A stretch of DNA of 64,000 nucleotides from an uncultured virus (IMG/VR IMGVR_UViG_3300009154_000046). Taxonomy: Duplodnaviria; Heunggongvirae; Uroviricota; Caudoviricetes. The position numbers and the translations under genes were made by a program. A model generated the notes under the pieces. That model had not been told where the DNA came from, searched no databases, and saw only the letters and a list, made by a program, of their open reading frames with translations. Positions 20,078 through 27,954 of this stretch are shown here, one piece after another. The stretch is from positions 1 through 64,000 of IMG/VR virus record IMGVR_UViG_3300009154_000046. One strand, given 5' to 3'. Within the stretch, counting starts at the first letter, position 1. Every line of letters begins with the position of its first letter.

Positions 20078-21166
20078 TTATATTTCTTTAAAGTTTTTTA
20101 AAAATGGTTTATCGTATTTTGGTTTGATTAGTTTCCATATGATGTGGTCATATGGTTTCTTATCCCACATTGCGAAACATACTGCTCTCAAAGCAGGTTC
20201 GGTATTTTTAAGATACTCAGCGAATTGCTTTTTGGTAGGTTCCGGATATACATCGCCATACTTACCATATCGGAAGTGGTCGTATATCTTACCATACCTT
20301 TCACCAATAGAGAATTTAGCGTATCGTAAGTTACCTATGGTTTGCTTTACCCATGCATCAAATTCATCTGGCACCCTATCTAAAAATTCATCCAAAGGTT
20401 TACCGTCACGTAGTAACTCCCATATATCAACGGATGAAAAGTTAGTTAGTATTTTATGTAAGCGTATGTATTCAGTACCTTTTATTTTCATTCTCATTCC
20501 ACCTTTGAACCTGATTACATAACCTTCGGCATCCTTTGATATATTTTCTTTCAATTCCTTAAAATCAGTTATACCATCGTACTTTTTCACTACGTCAAAA
20601 TTATCCATATAGTAAGGAATGTGTATATCTGATTCAATTCCATCCGCTGAACTATCTATACAAGCCAACATAACCATTCTTTCGGAGTTACCATAATCAA
20701 CCACTATTCTATTTCCAGTGTATATTATCTCAAACAAATAGGTATAGCCGGGCGATAGTAAATCGGTATCATACTTCTTTAATATCTCTGCTCCCATTAT
20801 TGATTGTTCCGATGTGAATGAGCCTCTGGTTGCTACTCTCCATTTACCTTCGTAATAAAACACAATACCCAAAGAGCCATCCATTTTTTCAAACACTTCA
20901 AAAGATTCATTTGGTATCTTTGATGTTCTAAATGTCATACCTTCCAATTCTTCGTAGTTAAAGAATTTAGGAAACGATTTAGCCATTACATTACCTTCTC
21001 TGTCTAATACCAGTCCCCTACATTCAATAGTCAAATCATCCCATTTAGATTCGTACTGGCACGTACGAGAATAATTGTAAATTGATATTGGATATTCAGG
21101 GTGGTCTTGCTTCACTATCAAGCCATCTGCTATGTATTTGTTTATTCTATCTAAGTCGTATTTCAT
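20078..21166 (-). CDS. T4 Rnl1-like RNA ligase
   Basis: ECRGLV, FPKFFN, EKMDGSLG, ATRGSF, EGYVI, RMKIK motifs. Confidence 0.9.
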   Translation of the reverse strand: MKYDLDRINKYIADGLIVKQDHPEYPISIYNYSRTCQYESKWDDLTIECRGLVLDREGNVMAKSFPKFFNYEELEGMTFRTSKIPNESFEVFEKMDGSLGIVFYYEGKWRVATRGSFTSEQSIMGAEILKKYDTDLLSPGYTYLFEIIYTGNRIVVDYGNSERMVMLACIDSSADGIESDIHIPYYMDNFDVVKKYDGITDFKELKENISKDAEGYVIRFKGGMRMKIKGTEYIRLHKILTNFSSVDIWELLRDGKPLDEFLDRVPDEFDAWVKQTIGNLRYAKFSIGERYGKIYDHFRYGKYGDVYPEPTKKQFAEYLKNTEPALRAVCFAMWDKKPYDHIIWKLIKPKYDKPFLKNFKEI

Positions 21167-21211
21167 ATATTAAAATTTATCGTATAATGCCCTACTACCT
21201 GCCGGACAATA

Positions 21212-21333
21212 CAAAGATACTACATTTTTGCGTAATGGCCTAATATTATACAATAAAAGTTTATTGATAATCAACTAATTAGCAAAACCCATATTTTTAG
21301 GTAATCATAACTGTTTGATTATCAATAAACTTT
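21212..21333 (-). promoter_or_regulatory. promoter plus palindromic element, copy 2
   Basis: TTAG-N20-TATCTTTG; inverted arms 21256-21281 and 21308-21333. Confidence 0.8.
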
Positions 21334-21356
21334 CTATTAGTCTATTCTAAGGTTTT

Positions 21357-21743
21357 TTACAATTTCACCACAAATCTTGCTTTCATTTGATTAATTTTAT
21401 CAGCGGGTACATTATGTATGTTTTTACCATTGTGTGTAGTTTCAACTATAACCGAATGAACACGATACCCGTTTGCTTCGGCTAACATATTGTAGTGCTC
21501 CATTTCCCATTCCATTGTAAAGGTATTAGATACCACAATTTTTTCAACTCCATTTTCCATAGATAATTTCACTTTGTTTTGACACCAAGCATGCGCATCT
21601 TTTATACGAGATGGGTCAAAGTTATAGTTTCCGTTATCATCTACAAAGTACATATCTGCCTCATAGTGTACACCACCTAGTTCGGTTGCTAATGTTGATT
21701 TACCACTTCCAGGCAAACCACGCAATAATATTAATTTTTTCAT
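21357..21743 (-). CDS. polynucleotide-kinase-like P-loop protein (AAA_33)
   Basis: LRGLPGSGKST, EADMY, VSNT, HNVP motifs. Confidence 0.8.
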   Translation of the reverse strand: MKKLILLRGLPGSGKSTLATELGGVHYEADMYFVDDNGNYNFDPSRIKDAHAWCQNKVKLSMENGVEKIVVSNTFTMEWEMEHYNMLAEANGYRVHSVIVETTHNGKNIHNVPADKINQMKARFVVKL

Positions 21744-21745
21744 TG

Positions 21746-21994
21746 TTATTTCTTTTTAAATTGTTTAAACCAATCTTTTGCAAGTAATAACGGTAATCTT
21801 TCTTTGTAGCTTTTTAAAACAAAAGCAGAGTATTCTTCCATATCACTATACATTCTTTCAGACTTCCATCTACTAATAGATTTTAAAGCATTAATAGAAT
21901 TACCATACTGTAAAGCATTCATTTCTATTTTACAATTAGGGTAAAGATAATTTAGTACTTTATCACAAACTTCTTCAAGTGTTTCTTCTGTCAT
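21746..21994 (-). CDS. hypothetical protein (ETLEE/ERMYS module)
   Basis: paralogous to the C-terminus of the adjacent gene. Confidence 0.6.
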   Translation of the reverse strand: MTEETLEEVCDKVLNYLYPNCKIEMNALQYGNSINALKSISRWKSERMYSDMEEYSAFVLKSYKERLPLLLAKDWFKQFKKK

Positions 21995-21996
21995 TG

Positions 21997-22782
21997 TTAT
22001 TTCTTTTTTAATTGTTTAGTTAAAAGTAAATACTCAGCAGTTAATCCTGTTGTCTTGCTTTTTTCTACTATTGCAATAACTTCTTTCTCACTATACATTC
22101 TTTCTTTCTGCCATTTAATTATTTCTTTACAAACAGCAATCATTAACATTCCGTTTGGAGTTGTAGTTTCAAATGATTTTGTATCTACTCTTGTTTCATA
22201 ACCAAAACTTGGTGCTAACTTCTCATAAGTATTATGAAATAAAATAGCTAATTCAACTTCTTCAAGTGTTTCTTTTTTAGGTTCTACCTTATCAAGCATT
22301 TGAGCATCTAAAGAAGTTTTATATCCTAATATTACATCTTTAGGTTCTTCTTTTGGAAAAACTACATTATACAAAATTTTATCTCCCATTGAAAAAGTAT
22401 CTAAATCAACTTTCTCACAACTTGGGTTCTTAACAAACCATTCTAAGAAATCGTCATCAATACTCTGTACACCATCATTAATTAAGTCTTGGTCTGTTGT
22501 TAGGATGATTTTTTTACAATATGCAATGGGTTCATAACTATCTCTATCAAAATAAATGTACTCTATTTTAGCATCAGAGCATTTAAAAACACCCTCATAA
22601 GTAGTTTGTATAAACCAATCCCCTTCTTTAATTTCTTCATCATTAGTGATGTAGATGTTAAACTTTTTTCTATTTTTTCTGTCATTTTTAAATGACTTAT
22701 TAGATTGGTAGCATAATTGATTTGCATCATTATAAATTATCCTACTTGGTTTATCTGTTGGTATTAAATGTATATTTTTCAT
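21997..22782 (-). CDS. modular hypothetical protein
   Basis: MKNIHLIPTDKPSR, KIILTTDQDLI, ETLEE and ERMYSE modules. Confidence 0.7.
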   Translation of the reverse strand: MKNIHLIPTDKPSRIIYNDANQLCYQSNKSFKNDRKNRKKFNIYITNDEEIKEGDWFIQTTYEGVFKCSDAKIEYIYFDRDSYEPIAYCKKIILTTDQDLINDGVQSIDDDFLEWFVKNPSCEKVDLDTFSMGDKILYNVVFPKEEPKDVILGYKTSLDAQMLDKVEPKKETLEEVELAILFHNTYEKLAPSFGYETRVDTKSFETTTPNGMLMIAVCKEIIKWQKERMYSEKEVIAIVEKSKTTGLTAEYLLLTKQLKKK

Positions 22783-22793
22783 TGTTGTTTATT

Positions 22794-23078
22794 TTATTGA
22801 CCACATAAACTTAAATCAAAGTCTATTTGAGGGTCTCCTGTTACAAGATAATCGTTATTAAATCTACTTCTATATGTATTGGAAGGTTTATGGTCATTCA
22901 TAGTATATAACCTATGTTTTAATTCTATTAAAATATGTCTTGATAAAGTAACATTTCCACATTTTTCCTTCATCCATTTTAAATAATTAGGATTAATCTT
23001 TAAAACTTCTCCCACTGTTTTATCTTTGTATTTACCAAAAGGAATTAAAGAATTATTTGTTTCTAATTGAATATTCAT
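22794..23078 (-). CDS. exonuclease-X C-terminal-like small protein
   Basis: PFGKYKDKTVGEV...PNYLKWM. Confidence 0.55.
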   Translation of the reverse strand: MNIQLETNNSLIPFGKYKDKTVGEVLKINPNYLKWMKEKCGNVTLSRHILIELKHRLYTMNDHKPSNTYRSRFNNDYLVTGDPQIDFDLSLCGQ

Positions 23079-23084
23079 TGTTGT

Positions 23085-23393
23085 TTATTTTTTTCTGTCT
23101 TCTCTTATCATAGTTAATACCATATTAGATATAGTATCGTACCCTTTAACCTTATTGATTAATTTCCCATCCTCTCTAAAATTAAATACCACGCCTAGAT
23201 CATCAACTATCCCTAAATCATTAGCAGTCGTATGAGATAGATTACCTAATGCTACTTCGAGTTGAATATTTCTAACGTCATATTCTGTTAATTCTACTTC
23301 TCCAATATAGTATTTGGGTGGTGGTATGATAGGTATTACCACGTGACCGCTTTTAATCTTTATAACCTTATAGTTATTGTTTAGTACTTTCAT
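23085..23393 (-). CDS. hypothetical protein
   Basis: ORF in array. Confidence 0.6.
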   Translation of the reverse strand: MKVLNNNYKVIKIKSGHVVIPIIPPPKYYIGEVELTEYDVRNIQLEVALGNLSHTTANDLGIVDDLGVVFNFREDGKLINKVKGYDTISNMVLTMIREDRKK

Positions 23394-23584
23394 AATTTTT
23401 GTATTTGATGTTCTCCAACATATAAATCTGGAAATAATCTTCCTTTTAGGTTTTCACTATCAACTAAGTAATACCATGTACCTTGATGAGTTTCTCTTGT
23501 ATACCAAATATACATTTCCTTATCATGCCATTTAGGATATTCTTTAGCTATTACTTTTACCCTTTCCATCTTTAACAATTTCAA
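23390..23584 (-). CDS. hypothetical protein
   Basis: short ORF, start uncertain. Confidence 0.5.
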   Translation of the reverse strand: MKLLKMERVKVIAKEYPKWHDKEMYIWYTRETHQGTWYYLVDSENLKGRLFPDLYVGEHQIQKL

Positions 23585-23963
23585 TTAATTTAATTAAACA
23601 TTCAAGTTCTGCTTCTTCGTAGGTTCTTGGTTTATTAAAATCTGTAACTTCTTTGTTTGGTGTAATTTTCAAATCAGTAAATTCTAAAATTTCAAATCCC
23701 CATTTAGAAATATGATAATAAGAAAATTGACAACATAATCTATACCTCTCTCTAAACCATCTAAATGCTTGTGAGAATGTTGGTGCAGATGTAAATAAAA
23801 CTTTATCTTCAAATTCTGAGTTCTTACACCAGCATCTACTTTTAAATGAATCTTTCATAAACATTGCAAAACATTCTTCATCAAAACCTAATTCTTTAAG
23901 TTCTAATGCTTGCTGATATGGAATAAATTCTTTAGTCATTGTTTTTAATTTGTTTAACAGCAT
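23544..23963 (-). CDS. hypothetical protein
   Basis: EFIPYQQALELKELGF, APTFSQAFRWFRE, TYEEAE family pattern. Confidence 0.7.
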   Translation of the reverse strand: MLLNKLKTMTKEFIPYQQALELKELGFDEECFAMFMKDSFKSRCWCKNSEFEDKVLFTSAPTFSQAFRWFRERYRLCCQFSYYHISKWGFEILEFTDLKITPNKEVTDFNKPRTYEEAELECLIKLIEIVKDGKGKSNS

Positions 23964-24035
23964 TTTTAAGTTCTAATAATCTTTGTTTGCTTGGGTTCAT
24001 AACATCATTATAAATCTCTATTGGTGTATTCATTG

Positions 24036-24521
24036 TTAAATTATTTGTTTTGTACCAATATTAAATACTGGAGATAAATTGCGAATATTAGTGTATTTGC
24101 CAGTAAATTCTTTAGTTAAAAAATCACATAATAGCATTTGAGGATAAGCATTTCCATCAAAAAAAGCATAATATAATCTTGAATGAAATAAAACTATTGT
24201 ACCATATCCATAAGACTTTAATTTATGTTTAGGGAAATCAGACCATTTGTAATTTAGTAATGTTCCGTGTTTATCAATCTCAAAATTATCTAATTTCTTA
24301 AAATAAGAATGTTCAAACTTCCATTCGTGTTTATTGTTTTTAAACCAAATATTCAATTCTTCAAGATATTTGTTCTTTTTTAGTTTAATAGGATTGGAAT
24401 TATCAAAATCTTCTTTACTAATTTCTTTTTTCAATTCATAAGTAGATTTTAATCTATAAGTATTATTAAACTTAACAATAATTCCCAAATCTGTTTTATA
24501 ATAAAATGTATTGTTATTCAT
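24036..24521 (-). CDS. hypothetical protein
   Basis: ORF in array. Confidence 0.6.
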   Translation of the reverse strand: MNNNTFYYKTDLGIIVKFNNTYRLKSTYELKKEISKEDFDNSNPIKLKKNKYLEELNIWFKNNKHEWKFEHSYFKKLDNFEIDKHGTLLNYKWSDFPKHKLKSYGYGTIVLFHSRLYYAFFDGNAYPQMLLCDFLTKEFTGKYTNIRNLSPVFNIGTKQII

Positions 24522-24525
24522 TAGA

Positions 24526-24732
24526 TTAAATTTTAATATGACCTTTGCCTTTATTTAAAGAATAAGGAATGTTTTTACAACTATGATTATCTTCACAAAC
24601 AAGTTTACCTAAATATTCAGTTCCACTTTTATAAACAATAACATCATAATTCCATTCACTTTTTAATTTATCTCCAACAAAAATTGGTTGTTTATTATCA
24701 TCGTAATACCCTGTAAATTTATTGTTATTCAT
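24526..24732 (-). CDS. YopX-like small protein
   Basis: FTGYYDDNKQPIFVGD motif. Confidence 0.5.
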   Translation of the reverse strand: MNNNKFTGYYDDNKQPIFVGDKLKSEWNYDVIVYKSGTEYLGKLVCEDNHSCKNIPYSLNKGKGHIKI

Positions 24733-24811
24733 ATTTGTTATTTAGTTTTAAGTGCTTTTTTAATTTGTTCTAAGGTATAGCATCTAATACCATTTATAGT
24801 ATACATCATTG

Positions 24812-25537
24812 TTATTGTTTTTTAATTAATGTGTAATTGTTTTGTTTCAAAAACATTAAAAAAGAACTACTACTACCATTATTAATATCTGAATTAATAA
24901 AAACATTCCATACTTCATCCCAACTATTATCTTCTACTTTAGGTTGTGGGCAAATACATTTTTGACTTAATGAATTTCTGCAAGAAGATGGTTGTTTACA
25001 ATGTATATTAAATTGCAAAAATGCCTCATTTAATATTCTTTCATTTTCTTGTTCTTCTGTTTCTTCATCCATTTCAACATCTTTATTTACTGATAATGGT
25101 TGTTCAGGTATCATTTCAGCTTCTTTGGTTTCTGTTTTTACAGCCCAAATATTTTGAACCTCTCTACCTGTTAATTGAGTATAATTTAATGCTGGAGTAA
25201 ATACTTTTGATTTATATTCCTCAAAATAATGTCGTTTACTAATAATAGTATTTGAACTATCAAATGGCAATGTTTCCCACCAATCTAAAGCTATTCTACG
25301 ATAATTTTCTGTTGGTTCTTCTTTAGAATGTTCTTTAAGGTATCTTTCTTTTATTCTTTCTTCGGTTGAATCAAATACTGATGCTGGGTTATTTGCTGCC
25401 CATTTAAGAATTACCTCATTATAGAATATGTTTTCTATTTCTTCATCTGATAAATTATTATGAGGTGATAATCTGTGATATTCTTTAATATCTAAATCAT
25501 TGAACCAATTTAAGGCTAAGTTTTTTATAGTATTCAT
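24812..25537 (-). CDS. hypothetical protein with internal repeat
   Basis: ALNWF...LSDEEIENIF and ALDWW...LTGREVQNIW look like two copies of one module. Confidence 0.65.
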   Translation of the reverse strand: MNTIKNLALNWFNDLDIKEYHRLSPHNNLSDEEIENIFYNEVILKWAANNPASVFDSTEERIKERYLKEHSKEEPTENYRRIALDWWETLPFDSSNTIISKRHYFEEYKSKVFTPALNYTQLTGREVQNIWAVKTETKEAEMIPEQPLSVNKDVEMDEETEEQENERILNEAFLQFNIHCKQPSSCRNSLSQKCICPQPKVEDNSWDEVWNVFINSDINNGSSSSFLMFLKQNNYTLIKKQ

Positions 25538-25695
25538 TGTTGTTTTATTTTTTGTTGTTTAAAAATAGAAAATAGTAGTCTGAATTGACAGACATTGATT
25601 AATTATTCTTACTTCTTTTAGGTGTTAAAATACCACATATTACTGTGACTGTTAAACCTTTAATCAATTAAACCAAATGTTTATACTATTTTAAT

Positions 25696-25771
25696 GTTGA
25701 GAACTCATCTGTGTTTTAGTGGTTACTTGGTTCACTATTTACGGCATTCCTTTCTCAAGGGAAAAACACAC
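25696..25771 (-). ncRNA. candidate pseudoknotted structured RNA
   Basis: stems TGTGTTTT/AAAACACA, TTCC/GGAA, TAGTG/CACTA; loop TTGAGAA complementary to 3' TTCTCAA. Confidence 0.55.
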
Positions 25772-25934
25772 TAATTTTATAATTTATTTGTTTACATTCT
25801 ATTATGATAGAAGTATTTACTGTCATGTGAAGGGCAGCTTGTTCTACTACAGCTACACATACCAATAATTAATAACATAATTAAGAAGATTTGTCCTGGA
25901 GTTAATTCTTTTGTCATGTTTTTAATTTAGATTG

Positions 25935-26132
25935 TTATTGTAATAGATGGCTAATTAAGATGATTAACCCACTTAATATGAACATTAATAAATTAATGAA
26001 AACTAATGAGTTCTCATCATAATTAAAGTAATCTTTAATCGTCCTAACTGTTGTTGTTTGTCGAAGCGTTTTGAATATGATTAAGTTACTATAAAGTATC
26101 AAAAACAACGCTAATAAAATTGAATGTCCCAT
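25935..26132 (-). CDS. small two-TM membrane protein
   Basis: two hydrophobic segments. Confidence 0.55.
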   Translation of the reverse strand: MGHSILLALFLILYSNLIIFKTLRQTTTVRTIKDYFNYDENSLVFINLLMFILSGLIILISHLLQ

Positions 26133-26170
26133 AATGTTTTTTTTGTAAAGATATGAAAAAATATTTTATA

Positions 26171-26209
26171 GAATTAGGGGAACAGTATTATCTGCTCCCC
26201 TTTAATTCC
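26171..26209 (-). terminator. hairpin after the MoxR gene
   Basis: GGGGAGCAG-ataata-CTGTTCCCC stem. Confidence 0.55.
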
Positions 26210-26228
26210 AATCCACCATTAAAAACTA

Positions 26229-27653
26229 CTACCAAGTAATAGTGGTGCTATCAACTGAATCATCAGTAACTTCATTGAATAACTTACTTTCATCTTCGGT
26301 TGATTTGTTGAACTTTTGTATCAACTGCTTCATAAACACTCTTTCACTATCCAGTCCACCATCATTACTGAAATATGGTAGGATTGCTATTTCGGCCGCC
26401 TCCATTAAGGTAAACCCATCATAGATAAGTCCGGCTGCTTCAACATTCACACGCGTTGAAACGATTGTTGAAATTTTACTAGCGTCCGTTTTGATTAACT
26501 GACGAGTAGTATCGGCGATTTCAGCCAAAGCGTTCAATGAATAATCATCAGCTTCAGCGAATTTGTATTTCAACAATTCGTATTCACTTTGCTTATCTAA
26601 TAAATCCATTTCAATTTGAACAAATCTGTCCATAATAGCCCTATCCATTATACGAGTCGATGTGTACTCATTACCGATATTAGCCGTAGCGATAAAGGTA
26701 ACACCACTGGCAACTTTTACGATTGGTGAACCTTCGGCCTCATCTAATCTTAGGTATCTTTGACCAGCATCTAACACAGTCATTAAGATATTCCAAGCTT
26801 CTGGGTGAGAACGAGAAATTTCATCCAATAAGATAATAGCGTTTGGCGTTTTGATAGCCTTAACGAAAGCCGATTCACTAAAGAATGTACCACTCTCTTT
26901 ATTAAAGTGCGTATTACCTATTAGGGTTGCTCGGGGGTCTTGCGTTGCACCTAAGTTGAAATAGAAGTCAGGACGTTTCAATGAACGAACAAGCGATTGA
27001 GCGGCAAGTGTCTTACCACAACCAGTCGGTCCGGTCATCATTATATTTTTACCACGTACCGCTGAACGTAACAAATACTTCCATTTCAAATCTTCAATGA
27101 ATAACCCAGTCGGTTTAAGCGATACACCATTATCATGTATAAATGCTTTAAGTGCATCGTGCGTTTCAAATGCTTCACTTACCGAGTCACAAGCATTTTC
27201 TTCAATAATGTTAGCAATCTTTTTGAACTCGTCCATTTCAACCAATTTGTAAGTAACACTACCAGTCTTACCTACATACCCACGGATTGCTTTGTTTTCA
27301 GCCTCCGCCTGTTTGATACGGCTACGGCTGATACCATTTACCGAAGTTACTGGCTTATTATCAGTAGTCATAAGAGCGAATGTTTTACCTACTAATATTG
27401 GTTTGTAAATTTCATTCGTAAACCCTACAACAATATCGGATTTTTTTGTTGTTACTCTTTTTACCGTAGGTTTTTTTGTTGCTACTTTCTTAGCTACTAC
27501 CGTTCTCTTTACGGTTGTGTTTTTCTTAGCTACTACTTTTTTCTTAGCTACTGGTGTACGTTTAGCCGTCGCTGATACTTTACTCATACTTTTTGTTTTA
27601 GATTTTAGTGTTGAAGATTTATTTACTTTGTTTGTTACTTTCTTAATAGCCAT
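26229..27653 (-). CDS. MoxR-family AAA+ ATPase with Lys-rich N-terminal tail
   Basis: GPTGCGKT Walker A, LLDEISR Walker B, ATAN, DRAIMDRF. Confidence 0.88.
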   Translation of the reverse strand: MAIKKVTNKVNKSSTLKSKTKSMSKVSATAKRTPVAKKKVVAKKNTTVKRTVVAKKVATKKPTVKRVTTKKSDIVVGFTNEIYKPILVGKTFALMTTDNKPVTSVNGISRSRIKQAEAENKAIRGYVGKTGSVTYKLVEMDEFKKIANIIEENACDSVSEAFETHDALKAFIHDNGVSLKPTGLFIEDLKWKYLLRSAVRGKNIMMTGPTGCGKTLAAQSLVRSLKRPDFYFNLGATQDPRATLIGNTHFNKESGTFFSESAFVKAIKTPNAIILLDEISRSHPEAWNILMTVLDAGQRYLRLDEAEGSPIVKVASGVTFIATANIGNEYTSTRIMDRAIMDRFVQIEMDLLDKQSEYELLKYKFAEADDYSLNALAEIADTTRQLIKTDASKISTIVSTRVNVEAAGLIYDGFTLMEAAEIAILPYFSNDGGLDSERVFMKQLIQKFNKSTEDESKLFNEVTDDSVDSTTITW

Positions 27654-27797
27654 ATTTTATTTTATTTTTTTTATAATTTTTACTGAATAATACTTTGTGG
27701 TTTCCACTTCATATACGAAGGTACGTTTAACTAATAAACATAGAAACACAACCAATACACATATATACTTTTTACTTACTACCATACTATTTGATTA

Positions 27798-27927
27798 CCT
27801 TTACTTTGTAAAGATACAACTTATCTTGGACATGGCCAAATTATAGGATAAATTGGTTTATTGATAATCAATCAGTTAGCAAGACCCCTATTTTTAGGTT
27901 GCCATAACTGATTGATTACTAATAAAC
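27798..27927 (-). promoter_or_regulatory. promoter plus palindromic element, copy 3
   Basis: 40 bp identical to 8082-8121; arms 27856-27878 and 27905-27927. Confidence 0.85.
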
Positions 27928-27954
27928 ATTCTTTTCAGTATCTAGTATTTTTGG

